From the NCBI GenBank assembly GCA_032718475.1, contig JAUCBJ010004420.1:1-64000 (forward strand): a DNA stretch of 64,000 nucleotides, read 5' to 3'. The DNA comes from Nemertoderma westbladi (Eukaryota > Animalia > Xenacoelomorpha). Both the position numbers and the translations under genes were made by a program. Every line of letters begins with the position of its first letter. The first letter of the stretch is position 1. The notes beneath the pieces are model-generated. The model was not told the origin of the DNA. It was given only the letters and a program-made list of their open reading frames with translations, and ran no database searches. This document shows positions 25,411-37,651 of the stretch, in pieces.

Positions 25411-26707
25411 TTCTACTTTATTGCTTACTGCAATAAAGTCAATAACTGTTATTGTACGCGCTTTTGAAGACCTTTAGCAGTTTAACCTGCCAAAATTTAT
25501 ATGTCTTTTGGTTTATAAATAGACTTTAGAAGATGACAAATATTTAATACCAATAAACACAACATTAGCAGAAGCCAGCCTAGTGCGCGTCCATTCACCC
25601 GCTGGATATACCCGCGGGGCTGGATTCTGAGGGCTTAGATTATTATTGCAGTGTAAGCTTACTGTATTATTCGATTGATCGTTAATAAATAATTTCTGAC
25701 TAATATTATTCACTTTCGGGAAATATTAACAGTTCCTTTAGGACGTGGCGCTCTATCTAGGTAAACAGAGATATGACTTATACTAATCACAACGGCAAGT
25801 CGGTAAGGCTTATGATTCACGTATGAGGCGCATTCTTTAGGAAATGCTTAGTTATCAATCACAATCATGCACACTACCGGTAACACACAATACTGCCCAC
25901 TAATTTGCCGACCGTCAATGATTTTTATCATATATAAAGAGAACAGCAACGGACCAATGTAGTGCTTATCAAATAGCATTAAATTCACTACAAACACAAT
26001 AATATAAGTCGCAATCGCTATATATAACCCGTCTCTCTAACCTGTAGTGTATCAAGAAAATTGGGAAATTTGGGTTCTTTATATATGTTCTCCAAATAAC
26101 AATATTCAACCAAAACACAACAGTAAATAGCATTAAGACGGTAGGTTAAGATGGTAACACTGTTTGACTGGACCGATATGTGATATGATATGTTAAGATA
26201 ACAGTTATACGCTCTATAATTTAAGCCTACTAATGTTTCTTCTAAAGTATGAAAACGAATTGACTCTAGAGCCGGTGTTCCTGGCCTAGATAGCAACAAC
26301 ACAACAGTATGACAAAAACAGTAAGACTGAACACTCCTAGTATGATCGGCCGAAAAGCTCCACATCGACAGAAAAAATCGCTCTGATTGGCTTAAGCTAA
26401 ACAAAGAACCATGTGTCCAATGGCTGTTTCCATGTCAGCAACCAGCTGTTAGATGTCGTAATATGAATCATCACGGCTAAGCTGTGTAAAGGTATTTGGT
26501 ACATTGCGGGTTTTTTGCCTTACCATGTCCGCCAAAACACGTATATAGAGGAATGACTTTTATGTCCGTTAAAACACCTATAACGGTACCTTGCGGGCGA
26601 GGGGCAGGGGAATATATATATAGTTAGAGAGCCTTTTAGAGTATTCCAGCGCCTGGGGGGAAACTGGATTGCGAAGCAAAAGGGCCAGTTATATCCCACA
26701 GAAGCTT

Positions 26708-27394
26708 TTACACCTCGTCCAGCGTAAGTTCAAATACATCGGGTTCAACAACTTTAGGTGGGTAAACGACAGTTTCTCCCGCCTTTGGTCCAGTCATAGC
26801 AAACGAATGATATGGATTTGATAAAGGATACCCTCCTTCCTGGTAGCGTAGTTGTTGATGGTTCGAACACCTCGCCAATATCGGTTCAGGATTTTCCTTA
26901 TTCAAACGCATTGGAATCGCATTTCGTTGTTCGCGCATACAAGAACCGCATTGATAATAAAGTTTATACACTGAAAATGCTTCCTTGGTTTCTCTATCGT
27001 CCCCTCGTGTTCGTCTGTAAAGATGCATTCCATCGAATTCATCTCGTACCGCAGGCATAGGTTCGTGCGCCTTTAGGTATTGCATGGTATGATACAAACG
27101 ACTAATTTCAGTATTGGGGTCTTCGCTAATGTCTCCCGTATCACACAAAGCATCGTACGGGTAAAGTTCATTGAAGGTTTTGCGCAAACTTTCGATTCTT
27201 TCATTTAATGCGTTTTGCCTTCTCTTTAATACATTTGAGTCATATTTAGTTCTCGCGAGTTTCGCAGTACTTTCTGATAATTCTTTTATACCAAATATAG
27301 TGTAGTCCTTGGCTCCAAATCTCTCGAATGGCGCTGCTGCTTCCTCTTGGATATCATATCCCCATCTCGGCTCTCCATGTATCTCCTTCTCCAT
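26708..27394 (-). CDS. N-terminal part of the Y accessory ORF, cut by LTR Z
   Basis: EISRLYHTMQYL...PAVRDEFDGM...KLYYQCGSC...RCSNH is homologous to 51-608 and 51375-51794; the stop codon lies in the first bases of LTR Z. Confidence 0.75.
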   Translation of the reverse strand: MEKEIHGEPRWGYDIQEEAAAPFERFGAKDYTIFGIKELSESTAKLARTKYDSNVLKRRQNALNERIESLRKTFNELYPYDALCDTGDISEDPNTEISRLYHTMQYLKAHEPMPAVRDEFDGMHLYRRTRGDDRETKEAFSVYKLYYQCGSCMREQRNAIPMRLNKENPEPILARCSNHQQLRYQEGGYPLSNPYHSFAMTGPKAGETVVYPPKVVEPDVFELTLDEV

Positions 27395-28056
27395 AATTAG
27401 ATGTGTAGTTACATAATCATTACTACTAGAGGGAATACAACAGAGTTTGTAGTTAGTTGTGAGGAGATGTGAGAGTTTTCGTCTGCCCTTTTGGCTCGAC
27501 AATGCTCTAACCTCCTACCCATAGCCTAAGATCTAGGGTTTCTTTAATGACACGCTGCTTCTTATCTAAAATTTTTTGCCGAAATAAAAACGAATTTGGG
27601 CTAAACTGGCTGTGAGTCTAAAATACTCACCTTTTGATCCCAAACTATTATCAGAAAATAAGCAGTCAAGAGTTAGTAATAAATATAGGGAAGTCTATTT
27701 ATTGACGTAACTTATTGAAACAAGACCGTGTAAAATTTAATTAAAAATTTAAGAAAGGCTCGCAAGTCTTCCTCTCTTGTTTCTCTAATTTTAACTTCCA
27801 CCCGACTGTACCCTGAAATCTATTCACTGGAGAAAATTTTAAAAATTTTTCAAATCCAAATGGATTGTCTAAAATTTCGAAAATGTCTCAATATTGTGAG
27901 TTCCAAGTAGAATTCCATTTCTTATTCCTACAAATCCTGCTCCTATGTGACACATAAGGGTACTACCCTCAATGTTCACATATAAAGACAATGGAATTCT
28001 ACCGCTGTCCTTACTACGGTGTACAGGTACATGGAAATCTATTTGTAAACTCCTAA

Positions 28057-31000
28057 TTATTTACTAACATTAGTTGGAGATTTGTAGTCTCCAGACTCGT
28101 TACGAGTCTCTTCAAGAAGTACAATACGTTGAGTCAGTCTGTCTACTGTACGACCGTCAATTGTCCGTACCGTCACAGTTCTTGTTACTCCATCCATAGA
28201 TGGATGTGTGGCTAAAATTACACCTGTTATCCAGAAGCGTCTTTTTAGATTCACTTCCGCTAACAGCACGTGATCTCCCGGCTTTAATGCGCGGGTGTTA
28301 TTCTACCAGTTTGCTCTGGCAGAAATAGAGGGCAAATAATGGTTTTGCCATATTTCCCAGAATTTGTTAGCTAGTAGTTGCGTGATTTTCCACGCTTTTC
28401 TACCGTAGCTGTCGCTTTCTGTTGGAAAAGAAATAGGCGTCAAAGTAGTCGGTGCCTGCATAAGCAGGTGTGCCAGTGTTAAAGCAAACTGGGATTGTTT
28501 GTCATCGGGTACTAATACTATTGGTCTAGTATTTAGTATTGCCTCGATTTCAACAAACAGTGTTGTCAGTTGGTCGTCTGTCAAAATGTGGTTTACTGGA
28601 ATGACCTTTGCCATGGCTGTTTTTATAGATCTAATCAATCTCTCCCAGACTCCGCCTCTCCATGGACTATCTGGAGGATTAAACTTCCAAACAATCTTGT
28701 AAGGACGTAGTTCGTTTGAGATTTGATCATGATCTAATTTCTTAAAGGCTCTAGCAATTTCATTTCGGGCACCAACAAAGTTTGTCCCTTGGTCTGAGTA
28801 CAAGCATTTTACTAGTCCGCGTCTAGCGATAAATCGCCGCAGTGCTAGTATAAACGCGTTGGTGGAAAGATCCATCACACGTTCAATGTGAACTGCCCTG
28901 CTGGACATACATGTGAAAATCAGTCCCCAGCGTTTTACTAGTATACGTCCACGTTTCGTATGTATGGGACCAAAGCAATCAATTCCAGTCTCTGTAAAAG
29001 GTGGTCTGAATGCTTGAAGTCGTGCTTGTGGAAGTTCACTCATTTCTTGGGTACCTATTCTAGAATGTACCTTTTTACAAATAATACACGTACGTGTCAC
29101 TGAACTTAACGCTTTACTGGGTCTAATTAATACAAATCTTGTACGTAAGTAGGAAAGACAGTGGTGTCTTCCAGCGTGTTTCAGATGTAAATGTGCGTCC
29201 AGTATCATTGCAAGTTGTAGTTCGTGATGCTGCGGTATTATTATTGGGTATCTAAAGTTTGTGTTAAAGTCAATGTTTTGAAGCCGAGATTTATGACAAA
29301 TTAAGCCATTATAAATTATCGGACTCCAACTCAATATTGGTGACGACTTGATTGGTTGACCTTGATTTATAGATGTGAATTCGCGTGCGAAATATCGCAG
29401 TTGGTAATGGCGAATTAATTTAATTTCACACCTGTCAATCTCAGTCAATGTAAGTCGACGTGTAAAGTCGCGTTTGCCTTTAACGTATTGTACAAAACGT
29501 ACAATCCACGCTAATTTTCGGCACGCGTTTGTCCAAGAATCTGTTAAGTTTACAATACGGTCGACGTAAGTATTTGTGACGTCATCAGGTAAGTCAATGG
29601 AGAATTTGGAAGGTTTTGATTTACTAGAAGGGCCCACGGGTCCGCCGGTAAGTATTCCCTTGTTGACTGTTGATCCGTCCGGGTCTACAAGTAATTTGTC
29701 CTTCCTTGTTTTCTTACCTTGATTGTCGGTACTTTGTAAGTCGATCGTTAATGGTGGTTTGAACTCTATGGGGTCACTAGGTTTCGGTAAACTTATTTTT
29801 CTGCCGATATTAATCCCGGGTCTCACCATAGGTTGCAAGTTTGGTATGTCTCTTGAGCGCAAAGTAACACCTGTATTTACATTAGCGTAGGTACTACCCA
29901 CATCTGTAATACATGAGGTTTCACTGTGCTTATGGTTGCTCAAGTGTGTCAAATTTGGTAGTTTGTCAATACAAGGCCGCTCCAATAGGGAAACTGCGGC
30001 TTTACTATTTGTCAATATGTTACTAGTGTCTGGTAGAACATTTTGTGACATGTCTGGTAAAATGTTTCGTGGAACATCCGGCGAAATATCTAGTGACGTG
30101 TCTGGCAAAACGTCTGGTTGACCGTCTAGTAACGCGTCTGGTTGTTTGTCAATAGAAGGCCGCTCCAATAGAGATACTGCGGCTTTACTATTTGTCAATA
30201 TGTTACTAGTGTCTGGTAGAACATTTCGTGATATGTCTGGCAAAATGTCTGGTTGACCGTCAGTAACGCGTCTGGCGATAAATCTGGTAACGTGTCTGGT
30301 TGATCGTCTGGCGATATGTCTGGTGTAGAAAGGCTCGCAAGTCTTCCGTTCTTGACCTTTGAAGTTATATCCTTCCATTTCGCCTTCGGTTTTTTCTTGA
30401 GTTTTGCCGTCGTCCTTTTCTTTGCTTTCCCTTTCTTTGGTTTTTTAATTTCCGCGTCTTTAGGGATAGTGTTAGACTTGTTGTCGTATAGTGGCGGCCA
30501 ATGTAGTGTTGATCTTTGCAAGAATTGTGGTCCGTGCTGACAAAATTCTTTGTTTTCCGGTTTACAGAATTCCTTGGGCATCATTCCTCGCGACGCAATA
30601 TCAGCTGGATTTTGTGGTCCGGGACAATGTCGCCAATCTTCCTTTATTGAACGGTCTAAAATTTATGCGCGACGGTTAGCTACGAATGTCTTGAATTCAA
30701 GTGTGTCGTTGTTTATGTAAAATAAAACCAACGTCGCGTCAGTCCAATAAAATATCTATAAACTTGACTGTAGTTCCGTCTGTATAAGGTTCACGATTGT
30801 GGTTGACAGGGTTGCGGCTTGTAGCTCAGCTCGTGGTGTCGTCATATACTTAGTAGGCATGGTCTTGGCCTTAGAAGTAATGAGCGAAACATCGAACTCT
30901 TCTGAGTCTACTTGTCTGCGCAAGTACGCTGCCACACCAAAGCCGTTGTCACTGGCGTCGGAAAAACAATGTAATTCCAAGTTGTCAGGAAACGTCGTTT

Positions 31001-33426
31001 GTAATGGAAAGTATGTTATGGTATGGAATAATCCTCTAGCGAAGATAATTCTGCCTCCCAGGTTTTCCATAAGTCCACTTGTTCTGATGAGATCGGCTCG
31101 TCCCATGTCAGTCCATCCTTCCAAATACTGCGCATATAAATTCTGGCTTGCAGTATTATTGGGCTGATGAATCCTAATGGATCGAACAATCGACTCAATT
31201 TTGATAAGCAGGATCTCTTTGTCAGAGTGTTTTCTTGAGTGTCCAGTCTCACCTTCACTCGAAAGTTGTCCGTGTTTGGGTCCCAAAAGAGCCCCAACAC
31301 TTTTGTCGACGGTAGTGGTTCGAACTCTAGGTCAATGTCACCACCTCCACGCTCAGTCGTTCCGAATGAGTCTACCAATTCGGCACTGTTTGAGGCGAAT
31401 TTGGTGAGGTTAAAACCTCCGCCCGCTAAGCAGTCCCGTAATTGATGTGCTACTGTAATAGCACGTTCTACTGTGTCACAACTCTGTAAGCCGTCGTCTA
31501 CGTAAAAGTCACGTTCTACGATCTTAATTATCTCTGGGTCATATATATGTTTCTGATCCCTAGCGGCTTGCTTTAGGGCGTACATCGTACAGTTTGGGCT
31601 GTCCCTGGCACCGAAAACGCGAACTTGCATTTGGTAAGTCGCTGGTGGTAGACTTAAGTCTCCTTCCGGGTACCAGAGGAACCTCAAACTGTCTCTGTCT
31701 CGCTCTAACGCTCTCACTTGGTGAAACATAGCTTCGACGTCACAAGTAAAGGCTACTTGACGCTGACGGAAGCGCATAATCACCCCCATAAGATAATTAT
31801 TCATGTTTGGTCCATCCATTAACTCACTATTGAGGGACATTCCCTCAAACAGAGCCGCACAGTCATTGACTACACGTACTTTGTCTGGTTTATCGGAGTG
31901 TCTCACGTAGTGATGTGGCAAGTAGTATGACTGGTCAGTCACTATCTCTGGGTTAGTCATTCTGAGATTAGTCGTCTGAGAACTCTGGGTTAGTCGTTAG
32001 GACGTTGGTTACGCCATAGCATCCCTACCTCATAATGTCCGTCTTTCGTCTGGCGGATAGTATCTTCCATGATCCTCAAAGATTGTTTCTCTTGTTCCGA
32101 CATACATGGTTCGTAGCTACCAGGTTCGGCTGTATCTTGTTCTAACCACCTGATAGTCTTCTCCGTTAATTCTTTGTGCAATGCAGCTTGTTCCACTTGA
32201 TGATTTCTTAACGCGTCGTCATCGATATCGATGGGCATTGTTGAGGTTATTGGTTGAGGTAGACTCGCAAGCCTTCCAGCGTTATCATCTGTCGTCGATG
32301 GAATCTCTGGCTGACTCGTCTTCTTCCCAAGTTCTAAACTCACCTGGTGGATTAGCTGCTCCTTGTGACTTATCATACTCGCTACACACGTCGTGTCATG
32401 TTTTGTCGAATGTAGTGTAGTATAGTCTACGTCGTGTGAAAAGGAATGAGTCGAAGTTGTAGTTAATAAACTACATGTACTTTGTATATCGTCTTCCTCG
32501 TCACTTATATCCAGTGTGCGCACAGGCGCTCGAGTATACCACCCTATCGGCGTTCTACAGGCGTATGCGTTTCCCGCTACGACTGCCGATGGTCTGGTTT
32601 CCCACACTTGATGTAGGTTGAATTGATCTGTCCCGATCAGCATTGCTACCGACCTATAGTTGACAGGACATTCAGGTACACCAAGGTGTCTGAAGTACTT
32701 ACGGTCCTCCAAGGATTGTTCTGGGACAGGACCTAGTAGGTTACTAAAGTCCTTTGTGGCCGCAAAGGTTAAATCCTTAAAGGGTAACAAAGACCTCTCC
32801 TTTTCGCTATGTTGCGATTTCGGAAGAAGAGTGTCTAAGTTCAACTTAACTCGTGTTACTGGTATTGCATGTTGTCCATGCATACTACTTACGGTGTAAC
32901 TGACGTTCTTACCTTGTCGGAGATCCGTCACAACATCAGCTACTTTCTCATCCACGTAGCTATGAGATGAGGCTGAATCCAGGATAGCGTAGATCCTCTT
33001 GCTCCCTTTGGTGCCAGTAATCTTGACAGGAATTATACTAAACCCCTTTAGTTGATCAGGCGTCAGAAGCGCAATCGATGGTTGTTCGTCTCCAGTATCA
33101 AAGTAAACGTCGTCGTCTTCCGACTCTTCATCTGACGATCCTGATTGTTCCGAGAAGCAATCTCTAATGTGCGTCACGAATGTCGGTGTTGTTTTCGACT
33201 CTCGACCCTTATATGCTGTGTTGCATCTTGCTGCAGCTTCCGGGTGTTCCCTGGTGAAGCGTTTGGTCGGCGTATGACTGTCTGTATGTAGCAAGCCGTC
33301 GTGGTTACGTCCACAAGAAGGACAGGTGTCTGTATTTGGGCAGTCCTTACGGACATGTCCATGTAGCGTACACCGCCAACAAGAGTCCAATGGCCGTATT
33401 TGTAGTCGTCTTTCCTCCGAATTCAA
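28057..33426 (-). pseudogene. pol: Y pol (protease, RT, RNase H, integrase) with frameshifts and stops
   Basis: CWRC..HGH..DC knuckle, ILDSAS, YYLPHH..KVRVVND, CDVEAMFHQV, FYVDD, LFDPLG, HCFSDAS, PRAELQAA, HLHLKHAG..CIIC, IDCFGP, SDQGTNF, GGVWERL. Confidence 0.95.
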
Positions 33427-33480
33427 TTCGCGGAATAGTCGACAACCTCTCAGTTTATGGCTAGTATGTCGTTTACCTAG

Positions 33481-36400
33481 TCATTCACAATATTGGCATC
33501 CGCTAAAATCTGTGGTCAGTTGCTGTCGGATCTGTTTTGTTCCAATTGGTGCGGATACCTTATTACCGACCGAAAATTGTCGGGTGTCGGTCGATGTTGC
33601 GAAGGTAACCGTCTTTGTGGATGTCATCGGTGGTTTTTGTCTGTTCGAGGATGGTAATGTTATTCCCTCCGCCACAATATGTTGGTCCGTGTAGTTCGAA
33701 CGCGTCTCAACTACTGCCTCTCTGGATATCAGTAAGTAGACGTCTTCCAACTTCAAGAATCCGCCTCTCTCTTCTCGCTGATATTCTATCTTTCGCCACT
33801 CCCGACGAAGTCGATGGTGTAATCTTCCTATTATTTTTAATAGAACTGTCGGAGAGTTCGCGTAGTCAAGTTGTCCAATCGAGCGTAGTGTAGTAATGGC
33901 GTTCTTAATCTCGTCAGCTAATTTTAGTAAGTCAACGGGTTTTGTTATAGCCCCCCCTTTACAGAGTTCTTCTATCACTGACTTAGCCATACTCACCGTG
34001 CCTCCGTAAATCGAAGTTAAGCGATCATACGCTAGTTCGAAGGCATCTGGTACACCGACAAAGGTCTCCGCTAGACGTTTCGGTTCTCCCGTCAACGTTT
34101 GTAGCAGGTAGTTGAATTTCTCCCTCGATGTAAAGGCACACGCTGCTATTTGGGTTTCGATGTAGTCCACAAAGGTGTGCCAATGTTTCGAGTTACCTGA
34201 AAACTTCGGTGGTTGTTGTACCGGTAGTCCTTGTCTGGCGGCGAATTTCGCTATCTCCTCGGCCACGTTCAAAGTTTCGCGTCCTTGGTTGGCAATCGAG
34301 TTGATGTTCTCTCGTCTTGGCGCTTTTCTTTGATACGAGGTGTTTCTCGAGGGTTGTTTTCTTTGCTGCTTCGGGTGTCTAGAGTGTTCGAACTCGTTAC
34401 CTCGCGAACTATCGGTTTGAGTTTCCTCTAAACGTTCCTCTATCTGGGCCAACTTGTCTATAACTGGGCGCATTATTTCGGCGAGTTGTTGCGTACTAAT
34501 TGCGTCCGTTGGTTGTAACGCCTTCTGTGTTGGTGTATTTTGTGGAGGATTATCGATAAAGGAATTGTCTGAACGCTCACGTTTACATTCGTCGGCCGCT
34601 CCTGTTCTAAATACCTCGCGTTCCGGGTAATCCGACTCGCTTGAAGTACTACTGTCACCTGGATACGGTGGTCGACGTGTTCGCGTCCATTGTGCTGTCT
34701 GAATCCTAACATTCCGTTTCGGAACATCATCCACTTTTCTCCGTTGTTCGGTAGGCTCACAAGTCTTCCTCGAAGTCGTAGATTGCGATGTAAACTGATT
34801 AAACGGTCGCGTATCCACTAGGTCTCCGTTGTTCGGTAGGCTCACAAGTCTTCCTCGAAGTTGTAGATTGCGATGTAAACTGATTGAACGGTCGCGTATC
34901 CACTGGTCTCCGTTGTTCGGTAGGCTCACAAGTCTTCCTCGAAGTCGTAGATTGCGATGTAAACTGATTAAACGGTCGCGTATCCACTGTTCTCCGTTGT
35001 TCGGTAGGCTCACAAGTCTTACTCGAAGTCGTAGATTGCGATGTAAACTGATTAAACGGTGGTCGGACGACAGCGTTTGAATCTAAAGGCCTTGTAGGCC
35101 TAAACGTCATTGAGTACGTGTAGTGCGTGACAGGTTTTGGCGTCGAAGGTGGACTCACCTGTTTAGTCGTCAGTAGTGCAGGTCCTGTCAACAAACTACT
35201 ACGATCTGTAATCGGTGGGTTACTTACCTTGACGTTCAGAATGGGCGATGACGTTGCTCTTGGCGGTGTAAACTTGTCCGGAATAACAAACCTGTGTTCC
35301 GTCGCACCATGGATAGGAGAAATATTACTTCTACCAGCAATCGAAACAGGTTCCTTAGTCGTAACTGGTGCAAACATAGGAGTTACCTGAGGGAATCTTT
35401 GACATAAGTCTTTAACTAATTGTCTTTCTCGCCCAGGTGCCCCTACACTTCCTTCCTTCATTCGTTCCTGAATTTGGCGGTGTCTTACCTCTAACTGGTC
35501 TAGATCGTGTCCGTCTCGAGATCTCATCGATCGATCGCGGGCTTGTAGATCCAGATCTTCCTTCGCGTTGGCTAATTCTCTCGCCTTCTTCTCGAGTTCG
35601 AAATGAAGTTTAACTTCTTTCGCGCGTTGTTCCGTCTGTTGTTGTTGCGCCTCGAACTCCGCTTGTCTTATAGCTGATTGAGCCTTTATTTGCCGTTTTT
35701 CATCTCGGCTCTTGCTTCCGAAACTCGCTTATGTTCTTCCAATGCTGCTGCTCGTCGCTCTAAATCAGCTGCTGCTGCTTGTCGTTCCAACTCAACTGCT
35801 GCCGCTTGTTGCGCTAACTCAGCTGCCGCTGTTCGCTGTGCTATTTCTAGCTCCAACTTTTCCATCTCAGCCGCTTCCAACTCGGCTTGTTCTTGCAGAT
35901 GAGAGATTCTCGCAACATTTGCAACGCGTAATTTTTCTTCTTCTACCGCCGCTTGTGCCGTCAACAGTTGAGCTTGTTCCTCAACTTCCCGTTGTTGTCT
36001 ATATCGCTGTTGTTGCTGTCTGGAAATTTCTGACGTCACTATACTTATCTCGCTAATTTCGCTGCGAATACTCACTAGCGATTGGTCCAGTATTCCCGGT
36101 GCCGATTCGATTCGTATGGGTGAAGTTTCCCTCGTATATTCCGGCACGGTTTCTAAATCACCGACGTCTTCGCCGCACATACGTAAGTGGTCCGTCAGAT
36201 GTTTCAATTGTCCATCCAGTCGGTACAGTTCCTGTTCTTCCTCGGGCTGCAATAATTCGTCCGAAACTGACTCACCTAACAACTGGTCCGCTTGTTCCTG
36301 TTGTATCTGCCTAATCGTCGACTTAAACTGAATCAGTTTCTCTCTAGCGATCATTAATTTCTCGAGGATTCTAAGTTGAGTATCCACGTCCTGTCTCTGT

Positions 36401-36840
36401 CTAGCTAGATCTTGTAGACCAATTAGATTATCTACGGACTTATGTACTCTACTTTGTACTCTAACCTGGAGGGTGTAGAACTCAAACCGAGACATCGGAG
36501 CGGTCAACTCGTCTAATATGCGTTGGCCTTCTCCAATACTCCTGGTAATATGCGCCATGTATCCTCCGACGCTTCTAACCACGCTCTCCTGGCTTCCTAC
36601 TGAACTTACCATGTCCGTTTCCCTGTATCTAGGTTGCGGAACAGTTAGAAAGTCCTCGGTCCTGCCGTCGCCTCGTACTACGGCATCCGGTACTCCCATT
36701 GGATGTACTGGTGACGCACACGGTGTAGGTTCGGTAGGCTCGCGAGTCTTCCCCTGTAGTTCTTCCGCTGCTGACTTATCCGCATCACATGAGTCATAGT
36801 CGGTAGGTGTATTCTTCGTATAGTCTTGTTTGTCACTCAT
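33481..36840 (-). pseudogene. gag: Y gag (frameshifted)
   Basis: ATG at 36840, coiled coil, LPVQQPPKFSG...EKFNYLLQTLTGEP, CQYCE at the 3' end. Confidence 0.9.
34735..35060 (-). repeat. 84-bp tandem repeat (~4 copies) in Y gag
   Basis: 28-aa unit FNQFTSQSTTSRKTCEPTEQRRPVDTRP; one 85-bp unit shifts the frame. Confidence 0.9.
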
Positions 36841-37651
36841 TTCGGTAGTTGTAAGTCAAGTAAAATGTGAGTGTCAAAGTATCAAATTTACCGTATTTAT
36901 ATTTAAACGGTACTAATTACAGTCATATAAAATTAGCCTACCGGCCGATTTTATAGCAGATGGATAAAATTAGCCTAAACGGCCAATTTTACAGCAAATA
37001 AATGTCACGGAATAAGTATATAATAAAATTAGCCTAGCGGCCAATTTTATAACAAATAAATCGGATAACGATATGCGTTATCAAAAGGTAAATTAAATAC
37101 AATAATACGGACTAATTCAGCAATGAACAAAGAAATCGTACAGAATGCATAAATACTTGAGACAGTGGAACCCACAATAATTTTAACTAATACGGTAATG
37201 CCTAACTTATTTATGCAACTTTTCGAACTCACCCACTCCAATAATTCTCCAGAAAAACAGATTCCCAGATACAAACCGGACGTGAACCTTTCCGTTTCCA
37301 GCGTTGCGGACGAAGTGCGATTTTCCCAACCAAAGTTGTTGAGTTATCTATCTCCCAAACTTGCTAAACACGGTCTTGCTCCCGTTACAGTCTAGAAATG
37401 GGTTCTGAATCCTGAAAAACAAAAGAGTTAGGTTTTACTTTTACGAAAATTTTGTACCGGTACAATATGGTATTTAAACCCTTTTAAACACCGGTATTCA
37501 ATTCCAAATAATTTTACACGCGGTTCAAATCAAAATTTTATTTCAAAAAATTAGCACTTAGCCAATCAAATATAAACTTTTACCTCAAAATACAAAATTT
37601 TCAAATAACTTTAGTCCTACCGAACCGTAGTTCAGTAAAACATATTCCTAC

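Larger units (their letters stand above)
20620..26712 (-). mobile_element. 5' half of element Z (LTR, 2.2-kb leader, partial gag) nested in Y
   Basis: LTR 25453-26712 (TGTAAAAGC...CGCGTACA) homologous to LTR A; no TSD or second LTR; left boundary approximate. Confidence 0.75.

Noticed and set aside
25453-26712. Solo LTR insertion
   Set aside because: Flanks (CGAGG/ATAAC) are not a TSD, and it is followed by its own complementary site, leader and gag.
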